64,000 bases of DNA from Candidatus Hodarchaeota archaeon. GTDB taxonomy: Archaea > Asgardarchaeota > Lokiarchaeia > Sigyniarchaeales > SOKP01. Below the pieces are notes generated by a model that did not search any database, had not been told where the DNA came from, and saw nothing but the letters and a program-made list of their open reading frames with translations. The stretch is taken from positions 224,001 to 288,000 of the forward strand of contig JBHLKM010000001.1 in the NCBI GenBank assembly GCA_048886685.1, given 5' to 3'. The first letter of the stretch is position 1; every line of letters begins with the position of its first letter. Shown piece after piece: positions 1-9,048 of the stretch. The position numbers and the translations under genes were made by a program.

Positions 1-64
1 TCCCTATTGTTAATAAAGAAAGTGCTATTATGAGTATTATAATTGTAATTATCTTGTTTCTCAT
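1..64 (-). CDS. Partial CDS (N-terminus only), signal peptide/TM-like start; runs off the window
   Basis: ATG at 64 on the minus strand reads MRNKIITIIILIIALSLLTIG with no stop before the window edge; basic N-terminus followed by a hydrophobic stretch. Confidence 0.55.
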   Translation of the reverse strand, partial: MRNKIITIIILIIALSLLTIG

Positions 65-114
65 TTTTATCAAATTTGAAAATATTGCTTTATAAAAATA
101 GTTTTAGTATAACT

Positions 115-987
115 TTACTTTGTTAATTCCTCTAAAGTCTTGATTTTAGTATTAATCTTTTTTAATCTTAAATCAAAATCTTCATCTTTTTCTTGATATT
201 GCTCTTCTGTTATCTCTTTCGCGTGAAATTGACCTTTGTTAAGTTTGCGTTCACTAGATAACTCTACTTTCTCTAGCTTTAAGTCTTGTATCCATAATTT
301 CATACCAGTAGTTAATTCTTCTCTTTGTGTCTCCAAGTCTAATTTTTCTTGTTTATATTTCTCCCTCAATTTCTCAAAGGTTTCTCTATCAACTTTATGT
401 AATTTATGTTCACGACTTAAATTCTCAAGGTGTTGCACTTTAGTATCAATATCATTTTGAATTCGTTGTACAATGAAAGGTTCTTCTAAATTTTGTTTAA
501 TGACGGTTTCTTTTTGTTTCATTTCGTTTATAAGTGTTTTAATCGCTTCTAGTTTTATATTAACTTCGTTCTTGAAGGCTGTATCATATTCATATCTAGT
601 GTCTTTAGTTAGTTTCGAAATTTCATTTAGTTTGTCTATTAAGACCTTTTTATTTAATTGGATATCATTATATTCAATGTAATATACCATTTGTTCTTTT
701 ACATCTTCAGGAAGAGGTTTTACATCTTTTTTTTCTTTCGATTTCTTAGATTTCTTTTTATTTTTTTCATTTTCTTCCATTTCTAATATTTCTTCAGTCT
801 TTTCTTCCACAATTGGTTCTTCTTCTTTAAACTTTTTTTCCGGTGCCTCTTTTTCCTTAGTATCTTTGATTTCAGACTTCCGCTCTGTCTTTGGGATATC
901 AGAAAGAAGGGGTTTCCCACATATGATACAAAATTTATCAGATTCTTTTACAGGGTTGCCACAGTAGGGACAAAACTTAGGACTCAT
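115..987 (-). CDS. Zinc-ribbon protein with C-terminal CdvA-like coiled-coil region
   Basis: N-terminal CPYCG...CIICG zinc ribbon, K/E-rich linker, long coiled coil with two motifs (HKVDRETFEKLREKY, KEITEEQY) of the type seen in CdvA-like coiled coils. Confidence 0.55.
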   Translation of the reverse strand: MSPKFCPYCGNPVKESDKFCIICGKPLLSDIPKTERKSEIKDTKEKEAPEKKFKEEEPIVEEKTEEILEMEENEKNKKKSKKSKEKKDVKPLPEDVKEQMVYYIEYNDIQLNKKVLIDKLNEISKLTKDTRYEYDTAFKNEVNIKLEAIKTLINEMKQKETVIKQNLEEPFIVQRIQNDIDTKVQHLENLSREHKLHKVDRETFEKLREKYKQEKLDLETQREELTTGMKLWIQDLKLEKVELSSERKLNKGQFHAKEITEEQYQEKDEDFDLRLKKINTKIKTLEELTK

Positions 988-1125
988 ATAATATTTAAAA
1001 GCAAAATAGTAAATAAAATTAATCGAGTCCGATTTTTAAACACTCTTTTACTTTTATATTTAAATTAAGTTGCTATATTATAAAAAAGGAATTTATATCC
1101 TACATCATTTTTTTAATAGATTAAG

Positions 1126-2544
1126 ATGGATATTACTAAGAAAATTCCAGTACATATTGGATTATTTGGTCATATAGATTCTGGGAAAACGGCAATAGCG
1201 AAAGTCCTTAGCGAAATTATATCAACAGCTGGTATCGATGCTCATCCTCAAAGTAAAGAAAGAGGGATTACGATAGATATAGGGTTTACTAGCTTCGTAC
1301 TTGAAGATTACCTTATTACACTCGTCGATGGTCCTGGGCATGCTGATCTAATTAAAATCAGTGCTTCATCTGTGGAAATCATTGATTGTGCTTTGATAGT
1401 TATTGATATAAATAAGGGGCCTCAAGTACAAACCGGAGAGCATATTATTATGATTGAATCCTTAGGAATTAGTAAAATAATTGTAATTCTTAATAAAACT
1501 GATCTCTTCTCTGGAAGTGTAAATGATGAGGTAGAAAAGACAAGGAATTTTTTTAACACTACTACTTATGGTTCAAATGTACCTATTTATCCTGTTTCTG
1601 CGAAATCAAACACTGGTTTTACACAATTAAAAGAAGGAATATTAGAAATTATAAATTCAATAGAATTAAAAAGGGATATTGGAGGAGATATTATAATTCC
1701 TATAGATCACCATTTTCCAATTAAAGGTAGGGGTGCTGTATTGACAGGAACATTACTAAGTGGTAATTTGAGATTAAATCAAAATTTAGATATACTACCA
1801 ATTAAATCTTCAGGTCGAGTTAAAAGTATTCAGATTTTTCATCAAGATGTCGATAGTGCGAAAGCAGGTGACCGAATAGGAATTAATGTAAAAGGAGTAG
1901 ATGTGAATAAAATCTATCGTGGTTGTTATGCAACAAACAATCCGGAAGCTTTTGAGTATTGTGATGTTATTGAAGTGAATGTTAATAATAATAAACTCTT
2001 TAAACCAAAGACTCATTTTGGAACTCAAGTCCATATAACGATCGGTATGTTGACCATCGTAGGTAATATCTATCCTTATTATGAAAAAGATAGTAAAAGA
2101 ATTCAATCTACTGTCTCAAACAAAGATAATGGATTTAATGCCTTAATAATTTTAAGAGAAAAGGTTTTAATTAGAAAAAAAAGATCCATGATGCTTATAA
2201 GTCGGTTAGATTTACCCCCTACAACACTTAGAATTTTAGGGTCAGCAAAAATATTAAAAATTCATAAAAATCCTCCGCTTTTTTATAAGCATAAAATAAA
2301 AAAGGGTACTATAAAGAATCCAAACCATTCTCAAGGTATAATATGTACAGGACTAGCTCAAAGTGTGATAGGTGCTAAAAAGATTGTAGGTAAGAAGTTA
2401 GAATATCCTTTTACAAGAATTTTAAATACGTTTGGTACGAAAGGAAATGTTATTGTGGGAATAGAAACAAATGAGACAGAAGTAAAAAAGGGAGATCCGG
2501 TTTATCTAAAGGAGTTAAGAAGTTTTTATCTAAAAAATATTTAA
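1126..2544 (+). CDS. selB: Selenocysteine-specific elongation factor (archaeal SelB / eEFSec type)
   Basis: GHIDSGKT P-loop, STAGIDAHPQSKERGITIDIGF effector region as in eEFSec, DGPGH, NKTD, IDHHFPIKGRG domain II, RLDLP..TLRI and C-terminal FGTKG domain IV; no bacterial winged-helix SECIS-binding domain. Confidence 0.92.
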   Translation: MDITKKIPVHIGLFGHIDSGKTAIAKVLSEIISTAGIDAHPQSKERGITIDIGFTSFVLEDYLITLVDGPGHADLIKISASSVEIIDCALIVIDINKGPQVQTGEHIIMIESLGISKIIVILNKTDLFSGSVNDEVEKTRNFFNTTTYGSNVPIYPVSAKSNTGFTQLKEGILEIINSIELKRDIGGDIIIPIDHHFPIKGRGAVLTGTLLSGNLRLNQNLDILPIKSSGRVKSIQIFHQDVDSAKAGDRIGINVKGVDVNKIYRGCYATNNPEAFEYCDVIEVNVNNNKLFKPKTHFGTQVHITIGMLTIVGNIYPYYEKDSKRIQSTVSNKDNGFNALIILREKVLIRKKRSMMLISRLDLPPTTLRILGSAKILKIHKNPPLFYKHKIKKGTIKNPNHSQGIICTGLAQSVIGAKKIVGKKLEYPFTRILNTFGTKGNVIVGIETNETEVKKGDPVYLKELRSFYLKNI

Positions 2545-2575
2545 ATTCTTAAAAACCATTATAATTATATTAGAG

Positions 2576-3019
2576 GTGTTAAAATTGGAAAAAGCTGAAG
2601 ATTCTGAAATTGAAATCAGTCAACAGATTTTAGATGAGTTAATGAGAGCATTAGAACAATTAGAAAGTTCTACCGATTTGGAAGGAACAGCTATTGTTTC
2701 AAAAACAGGATTAAGAATTGCTAGTTCAGAAACCGCTGATGTTGTTTGGGATATCTACAGCGCAAGTCCAGCAACATTGATTTCACTAGGGGAAAAGATT
2801 AGCCAAGGTTTACAACAAGGTGAGTTAAGAGATATTGTTATTAGAGGAGCTAAGGGGTATACAATTATTTTAGTAGGTGATGCCGATAATGATTTTATGT
2901 TATTTACAAATTGTAAAAAAGGATATAAACTAGGTTATTATTTTCATAAAATTAGAAAATCTTTTAGGGATATAGAACCTGTGTTAAAGAAAATCCAAAC
3001 CAAGGATACGAATTATTAA
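2576..3019 (+). CDS. Roadblock/LC7 domain protein
   Basis: LEGTAIVSKTGLRIASS, SASPATLISLGEKISQGL, GELRDIVIRGAKG, LG motif; the real start may be the TTG at 2585 after a GAGGTG SD. Confidence 0.85.
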   Translation: MLKLEKAEDSEIEISQQILDELMRALEQLESSTDLEGTAIVSKTGLRIASSETADVVWDIYSASPATLISLGEKISQGLQQGELRDIVIRGAKGYTIILVGDADNDFMLFTNCKKGYKLGYYFHKIRKSFRDIEPVLKKIQTKDTNY

Positions 3020-3024
3020 TATTA

Positions 3025-3058
3025 CTCTTTTTCGTTGAAATCGAAAAGAGAAAAAAAA
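3025..3058. terminator. Putative bidirectional terminator hairpin between convergent genes
   Basis: CTCTTTTTCG...CGAAAAGAG inverted repeat plus an A8 run (T-run on the minus strand). Confidence 0.4.
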
Positions 3059-3069
3059 TTGTTAATAAT

Positions 3070-4839
3070 CTAACCATAAACCCATTCAACAGAATCTCCA
3101 TTTTTTAGATTGTATTTGTTTGAAGAAACTCCAGGATAATCACCATTAATAGAATAACGCCAGTTGCCTCGAATTCCATCTATTTCTTCTACAAGAATAC
3201 CCATTTCACCATAATCTTTATATTCCACTTCACACCAATTGATCAATGCATCAAAGGCTGTGGTATTATAATCGGTTAACTCAAAGTTTTCCAATGTTTT
3301 TATTGTTCCATTTCCGTAATCAACAATTAAAGTAATGTTTTGAACTTCACGCAAAGGTTCATTTACTTCAGCAACCTCTATACTAGAAGTAAACACAAAA
3401 AATGAAGCGAAACTTGCACTAGCTAAGATTGCGATTATAATATATTTATTAAACTTCTTGAAATTAGTCTTAAGCTTTGAGATGATTAGAGATGTTGAAA
3501 TAATGATTATACTTAAAGAGGTTATAACTATATAGGGGAGGAATTTTAAAAGAAAATTATCCGCTGGACTAGGTTCTTTTTCATTTAGTTCCCATGGGAT
3601 ATAATTGTCAAGTACCATTTCAAGTAAATAACTAGCAACAGAAGAATTGACCCAAAGTAATAGTCCAGTTCGTTTTTCATAAATCATAGAAGTTCTTTGA
3701 CCACCACCGATTTGATCAAATGATATTTTAATAGTTAATTGAGTTTCTTCAACAGAAACTAACCCGTTTACAAATCCCGATGCTTGTTCTAATGCTAAAT
3801 TCTTTACTTTAGTTAAATTTTCAATAATTTGCAGAATAAAACCAGGCTGAAAGTTATTATATCCAAGTATTAAACTCCAAGCAAGTTCACTATTAGATCT
3901 GTTTGTTAGTGTAAAATTAGTCGATAAAATCCCTGAACTGTTTTCTAATATCTCAATATCAAACCAAGGAATAGGATCGTCAATAACATTACCCCAATCA
4001 TTAGGATCTTTGTTATAATAACCTGTTAAATTAAGTTTAATTTGCCCTCCTGCATTTGTTTTCCATTTTCCTTCAAATCCACCTGTAAAGTTATACCAAC
4101 CTGTTGCTCCACTGAATCTAGAAACATTATAAATAATATTATCTTCTATTGTGAAATTCAGTGATTTAATTTCAAGTAGATATCCAAAAACACTCGATTT
4201 TGCCCACACTAACAAACCTGTCTCTTTATCATAAATCATGTGAGTTTTCTGATTTCCACCAATTTGATCAAAGCCAATAAAGAGAAAATTATAAGTTTCT
4301 TCTATATTAACTAATCCTTCAAGATCAAATAATCCTCCGGGATTTGCTTGACTTAAAGCAGAATCTTTTATATATGTTAGATTTTCCTTTGGTATTAAAA
4401 ATCCTGGCTGAAATGTATTATACCCAAAAGTTAACGATCTCGCAATTTCACTATTAGACCTATTATTCAAGGTAAAATTGGCAGTCAGTACTCCAAGATT
4501 ATATTCCAGTATCTCAATATCAAACCAGGGTATTGGATCTTCAAATAAATTACCCCAATCATAAGGATCTTTGTTATAAAAACCTGTTAAATTAAGTTTA
4601 ATTTGCCCTCCTGCATTTGTTCTCCAATTTCCTTCAAATCCACCTGAAAAATTATACCAACCTACTTCGCTGCTGAATTGAGTAACATTATATACATATG
4701 TGCTATTTATGGTTAATTCTTCAGAATATGAAGTAGGAATACTAGCGTCAGCTTTTACAATTGGAATGGAACTTTGATATAATAGTTGTACTAAAACTAA
4801 CAAGCTGACAATAAACAATGTTTTTTTAATAGTTTGCAT
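3070..4839 (-). CDS. Secreted/membrane protein with two tandem ~187-aa repeats, two TM helices and a C-terminal DUF4430 (transcobalamin C-terminal-like) domain
   Basis: Signal peptide; repeated YNV..FS...GWYNF.GGFEG.W.TNAGGQIKLNLTG unit; TTAFDAL...GILVEEIDG..WRYSING.....SSNKYNLKNGDSVEWVY is typical of DUF4430. Confidence 0.7.
   Translation of the reverse strand: MQTIKKTLFIVSLLVLVQLLYQSSIPIVKADASIPTSYSEELTINSTYVYNVTQFSSEVGWYNFSGGFEGNWRTNAGGQIKLNLTGFYNKDPYDWGNLFEDPIPWFDIEILEYNLGVLTANFTLNNRSNSEIARSLTFGYNTFQPGFLIPKENLTYIKDSALSQANPGGLFDLEGLVNIEETYNFLFIGFDQIGGNQKTHMIYDKETGLLVWAKSSVFGYLLEIKSLNFTIEDNIIYNVSRFSGATGWYNFTGGFEGKWKTNAGGQIKLNLTGYYNKDPNDWGNVIDDPIPWFDIEILENSSGILSTNFTLTNRSNSELAWSLILGYNNFQPGFILQIIENLTKVKNLALEQASGFVNGLVSVEETQLTIKISFDQIGGGQRTSMIYEKRTGLLLWVNSSVASYLLEMVLDNYIPWELNEKEPSPADNFLLKFLPYIVITSLSIIIISTSLIISKLKTNFKKFNKYIIIAILASASFASFFVFTSSIEVAEVNEPLREVQNITLIVDYGNGTIKTLENFELTDYNTTAFDALINWCEVEYKDYGEMGILVEEIDGIRGNWRYSINGDYPGVSSNKYNLKNGDSVEWVYG
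3949..4661. repeat. Intragenic direct repeat, period 561 bp
   Basis: About 3949-4100 matches 4510-4661; AACCTGTTAAATTAAGTTTAATTTGCCCTCCTGCATTTGTT is identical in both copies. Confidence 0.85.
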
Positions 4840-5144
4840 GTTCCAACTTGATTTTTTTCATTTAGATGATTGTTTATTTAAACAAATATATGTTTGATTA
4901 AAAATATTATTAGGAAACTTATCCTAAAAAAACTTTTCTCCATTTATTAAGATTTCGATTTAAAATTCTCTTAAAAGAAGAAAATTTTTAATAAAAATAT
5001 AAGAGGTTTTTTCTGATCTAATGGGATTTAAATAACCTTAATACAAAAAATTTGACACAATGGAATTCGCCTATAAGATTTAAAAATATTTGCTGAATTT
5101 GATAATTTATATATTATTATAAAAACGAGTCATAAGAAAAGATA

Positions 5145-5849
5145 ATGTCTGAAGATTTTGATTTTGAGAAATATTGGTTAAATAAGTTTTCTAATTGTCT
5201 TGATGAGCTAGCTGGAAAGGATATAAAAGAAGAAGTCATGAAAGGTAGCGAAGGTTTTTCAGATGCTACAAGCAAAAATATAATTTTTAGTTGGTCCCGA
5301 AAAGCTATTGAAAAACTCGACTCGATTGTTGATGAAGAAAAGCGTATTAATATTATGACTGGATGTGCATGTCAATACCCTAAACAAGACTTACAAGAGA
5401 TCAAGAAGAAATATGAAGAAACTGGGGATATTGATTTAGCTCACCAAATGCTCCAAGAAAAATTTGAAATATTCCTTAAGGATGCTCTTAAATTAGATGA
5501 GGAAAATTTTAATTTTGTTGTAAGTAAAGGTTGGGGCTTAGCTGGCATTAAGAAGGATGGGAAAATTATTGCCACTAAAATACCTAAGAGTGGATATTTT
5601 AGCGAATACATGAAAGAATCAGATCCTGAAAAGAAAAAATCACTCTATTGCCATTGTCCGAGGGTAAGAGATGCATTAAAAATCGCTAGGACAAAAATAT
5701 CTTCTACTTACTGCTATTGTGGCGCTGGTTTCTATAAGGGTATTTGGGAAGAGATTCTACAAAAATCAATTAGAGTCGAAGTTTTAGAATCAGTGTTAAA
5801 TGGCGGAAATGTTTGTAAAATAGCTATTCATTTACCTACTAACATATAA
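5145..5849 (+). CDS. DUF6144-like Cys-rich protein (V4R-related fold)
   Basis: GCAC, YCHCPRV, TYCYCGAGFYKGIWEEIL and ESVLNGGNVCKIAI motifs. Confidence 0.6.
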   Translation: MSEDFDFEKYWLNKFSNCLDELAGKDIKEEVMKGSEGFSDATSKNIIFSWSRKAIEKLDSIVDEEKRINIMTGCACQYPKQDLQEIKKKYEETGDIDLAHQMLQEKFEIFLKDALKLDEENFNFVVSKGWGLAGIKKDGKIIATKIPKSGYFSEYMKESDPEKKKSLYCHCPRVRDALKIARTKISSTYCYCGAGFYKGIWEEILQKSIRVEVLESVLNGGNVCKIAIHLPTNI

Positions 5850-5869
5850 AATTCATCAGTGCAATTAAG

Positions 5870-6334
5870 CTAGGGTAAAACTTTTTCTTTAATTTTTTGT
5901 TTTAATCCTTCTAATGCTGTCGACCAGGCCTTTTCAAAATAATTTCGAGCTTTTTGCCATTCTGTATTCTTTCTCCAGCCTGTATGGAATAAATGTACAA
6001 TAGTTTTATCTGGTACAGTCTTATGAGGGGAAAAAAATACAATCACATGTGTTAATGGATCAGCTGTATTCATAAAAGATTTGAATTGAACGGGTCCTTT
6101 CCAGTTAAAGGAAATAAATCTGTGTTTCTCGATTCCAGTTATTTTACATCCAATTGTGCTGTTGTCTTCTCTGTTTTCAGGTTTCCAAAAAAGTTCATAT
6201 TTTCCTCCAATTATAGGTTCCACATTAGCTTTCTCAGTTAACCAACTTTCTAATAAATCATTTTTTATAAAAAAATCAAAAGCAGTCTTTATCAAACATT
6301 CTAGTTCTTCCTTAATTTTTATGATATTCTCCAA
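5870..6334 (-). CDS. SRPBCC/AHSA1 domain protein
   Basis: LESWL...VEPIIGGKYEL, ISFNWK, TIVHLFHTGW and AWSTALEGLK motifs. Confidence 0.8.
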   Translation of the reverse strand: MENIIKIKEELECLIKTAFDFFIKNDLLESWLTEKANVEPIIGGKYELFWKPENREDNSTIGCKITGIEKHRFISFNWKGPVQFKSFMNTADPLTHVIVFFSPHKTVPDKTIVHLFHTGWRKNTEWQKARNYFEKAWSTALEGLKQKIKEKVLP

Positions 6335-6361
6335 TTTTAAGCACCTAATATTAATTAATTA

Positions 6362-6395
6362 TATAACAAAATGTTATAAAGTATTATAAAGTAAC
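6362..6395. promoter_or_regulatory. Candidate operator in the divergent SRPBCC/HxlR promoter
   Basis: Inverted repeat TATAACA-AAA-TGTTATA (6362-6378) overlapping a tandem TTATAAAGTA x2. Confidence 0.4.
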
Positions 6396-6441
6396 AAACT
6401 TTTATACAATTTAAACTAAATACTAACTAATTAGTAATATT

Positions 6442-6876
6442 GTGAGAAAAATGGAAGTCTGGGAAGATTTAAACAATATGAAGAAGTGCCCTATAGAAGT
6501 CGCAATGAGGTATTTAGGAAAGAAGTGGACGATGCAAATATTACGAGATTTATTTAAAGGTAAAAAAAGGTTTTCGGAGTTCTTAGTTTCAAATCCTCAA
6601 CTTAGCACAAAGATGCTCTCATTGCGGTTAAAAGAATTGAATAGATCGGGTTTAATCGAAAAAAAAATTTATTCTTCTACACCAATAATAGTTGAATATT
6701 CCTTAACACAGAAAGGGAAAGCTCTTAATAAGGTTCTCTTTCAATTAGCTGAATTTTCTCTAAAAAATTATCCAAATGAAGTATATAACACCCACCCAAA
6801 ATCAGTAGAAAATGATATTTTAAGCTTAAAGAAATATTTTAAAGTAGATGAACCTATCTCAATTTCATATAATTAA
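6442..6876 (+). CDS. HxlR-family winged-helix transcriptional regulator
   Basis: CPIEVAMRYLGKKWTMQILRDL..G.KRFSEF...LSTKMLSLRLKEL...VEYSLTQKG. Confidence 0.9.
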   Translation: MRKMEVWEDLNNMKKCPIEVAMRYLGKKWTMQILRDLFKGKKRFSEFLVSNPQLSTKMLSLRLKELNRSGLIEKKIYSSTPIIVEYSLTQKGKALNKVLFQLAEFSLKNYPNEVYNTHPKSVENDILSLKKYFKVDEPISISYN

Positions 6877-7008
6877 AATGAAATTAATGGTTAAATAAGC
6901 ATTAATTTGAAATGTATTCTATTTATAAAAATGTCATAGATTTAAATATCTTGATATAATAATTATTTTTGGCAAATAAAATCAATTCTAAAATAGAGTA
7001 TATAAATT

Positions 7009-7425
7009 ATGTCGGTACAAGACATTGGTAGTGAAGAAATGAGTGAATTTGTTAAATCTATAAAAGAACGTTATGAATCCTTGAATATAAATGAAAAATT
7101 CAAAGAGCAGTTCAAGGAATCCAATTTCAAAATACTTTTAAATCCTACAGATAGAGAATACGCTGCGCTAGTTACAGTGGAAAATGGAATCGTATCTGTT
7201 GGGGGTATGAAAAACACACCTAAAGATAATTTAAAAAAGGACGTAGTAGGATGGGATAGTTATATAAAAACTACAAGACAAACTTTTAAAGAAATTGGTG
7301 ATGGAACTCTTTCAAGTCGAGATATCAGAAGAAAAGTTCTTGCGCGTAAAATTAAAGTTAAAGGGTTAAAATATTTGGCATCGTTTAGTCAGATGAGTGC
7401 TTTACGAAGAGAAAAAGAAGAATAA
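7009..7425 (+). CDS. SCP2 (sterol carrier protein 2)-like lipid-binding protein
   Basis: Size and pattern of beta-hairpin AALVTVENGIVSV and C-terminal VLARKIKVKG match SCP2-like domains. Confidence 0.5.
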   Translation: MSVQDIGSEEMSEFVKSIKERYESLNINEKFKEQFKESNFKILLNPTDREYAALVTVENGIVSVGGMKNTPKDNLKKDVVGWDSYIKTTRQTFKEIGDGTLSSRDIRRKVLARKIKVKGLKYLASFSQMSALRREKEE

Positions 7426-7618
7426 AATATATAGGATATTCATAAATTATACATATTTTTATTCGAAATTCACTCTAGAATTTTAGTTTTTAAAGAAAAA
7501 TTATCTCTTTCTAATCTCATTATTTCAATAATAGGGGTCTTGAAATCGTAGGATAACTTTCCATATCTTTATATTATTTTTTTCTTATTATATAACATAT
7601 TAGAAAGATAGTTTTTGC

Positions 7619-8314
7619 ATGAGAATATTGGAATTAAAATCTGATAGAAACAACCAGTATAACATAGAGAATGAGAATAGAGAGACTGTACAAAAAGCTA
7701 AAGAATCAGTTGAAACTTTAGATTTAGAAAGAGAAAATGCTAATTCTTCCGTCTGGCTTGAGAAAAAGTCTTTTAGATTTGCTTTAATTAGCACATTTAC
7801 CGCTTTAGGGATTGTTTTAGGATATTTATTGGCTTATATTCCTAATATTGAGTTATTCACTCTTACAATATTTTTATCAGGCTTTATTTTAGGGAAAAGA
7901 GATGGGATGATTGTTGGGTTTTTAAGCTCATTAATTTTTTGTTTTTTCAATCCTATTGGAGCTTCTCCTTTACCACTTTTAGCCTTTCAATTAACACATT
8001 ATACAATAACGGGATTATTAGGGGCATTAACTAATGATTTTCTAAGTAAACGAAGTTTCTTCACGATCGATGATGATTTATATATAATTCCTGTGATGGT
8101 TATATTTGGTCTTCTAGGAGCCATCATAACTATAAGTTTTCAAATTTTTTCTTCATTAGTGGATGTTCTGTCATATTTTGGCACGATTAATGAATTTTTA
8201 CCCTATTTTTTAACGGGCATTCCATTTACTATAACACATATTATAGGAAACACACTTGGATTTATTTTTATTTTACCTGGTTTAATCCAATTAGTTCATA
8301 AAATGGTTCACTAA
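7619..8314 (+). CDS. ECF transporter S component (CbrT-like)
   Basis: About 6 TM helices, AxxxA-type first helix (STFTALGIVLG), IPNIE motif, G..DG.IVG, GIPF..THI.GN. Confidence 0.75.
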   Translation: MRILELKSDRNNQYNIENENRETVQKAKESVETLDLERENANSSVWLEKKSFRFALISTFTALGIVLGYLLAYIPNIELFTLTIFLSGFILGKRDGMIVGFLSSLIFCFFNPIGASPLPLLAFQLTHYTITGLLGALTNDFLSKRSFFTIDDDLYIIPVMVIFGLLGAIITISFQIFSSLVDVLSYFGTINEFLPYFLTGIPFTITHIIGNTLGFIFILPGLIQLVHKMVH

Positions 8315-8320
8315 TATGTT

Positions 8321-8473
8321 TTAAAAAATAGCCAGTAAAGCTATAGTAGAAGGGAGCATCATTATAATTAAGATTACTAAACAAATAATTAAACATTTAC
8401 TCCTTCTTTTATCCTCTTCACTACTATCATCCTTTTCATTATCATCTGGTTCTATATTTGAAATGAAGTCCAT
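8321..8473 (-). CDS. Small (50 aa) tail-anchored membrane protein, not in the ORF track
   Basis: ATG at 8473 to TAA at 8321: MDFISNIEPDDNEKDDSSEEDKRRSKCLIICLVILIIMMLPSTIALLAIF; acidic N-terminus, basic patch, C-terminal TM; 75 nt downstream of rpl15 on the same strand. Confidence 0.6.
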   Translation of the reverse strand: MDFISNIEPDDNEKDDSSEEDKRRSKCLIICLVILIIMMLPSTIALLAIF

Positions 8474-8548
8474 TTTATTCTCTCATATAAGTAAATAAGT
8501 CGTAGAATTTAATCCGAGAAGTAGAAAATTACAATTAATTTGAGTGGT

Positions 8549-9028
8549 TTATTTTATATCTGAGAGTAAATTGATTTTTCCACCAGCAGCTTCTATTTTT
8601 TCAACAGCTCTTTTGGAGGCATTTTTAACAGATACGTTGATTTTTTTATTAATTTCTCCGCGTCCTAATACTTTCTGTATATTAATATCATTTAAATTAA
8701 TACTATAAGTATTTCCAGATTTGGAGGCTTTTTCTTCTATAACTAAAGTTTCAATTTTATGATCTAAATCTTTAACATTAAGAGTATTAACTTTATAAAT
8801 TCGGGTTATATCTTGAGGTCTCTTAAAGCCTTTTTTTCCCATATCCCAATCTGGATCTGGAAATCCTAATTCTTTTTGTTTTAAGTAATAACTCTTTTTG
8901 CTCTTTTTCCATTGAGTCGTTTTCCCTCTCCCTGCGCGTTGTCCCGTTTTTCTATGCTGTCCCACTTTACCATAGCCATGTGTTCTTCTGCCTCGCATTT
9001 TTCTTACATTTCTATCGAAATTTCTCAT
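8549..9028 (-). CDS. rpl15: 50S ribosomal protein uL15
   Basis: RKMRGRRTHGYG..GQHR, KVLGRG, ASKRAVEKIEAAGG; operon position. Confidence 0.95.
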   Translation of the reverse strand: MRNFDRNVRKMRGRRTHGYGKVGQHRKTGQRAGRGKTTQWKKSKKSYYLKQKELGFPDPDWDMGKKGFKRPQDITRIYKVNTLNVKDLDHKIETLVIEEKASKSGNTYSINLNDINIQKVLGRGEINKKINVSVKNASKRAVEKIEAAGGKINLLSDIK

Positions 9029-9048
9029 TTGTTTTTTTCACCTACGCA

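Noticed and set aside
7426-7618. Cobalamin riboswitch upstream of the ECF S component
   Set aside because: Only an AATAGGG word is present; the conserved B12-box and core helices are not seen
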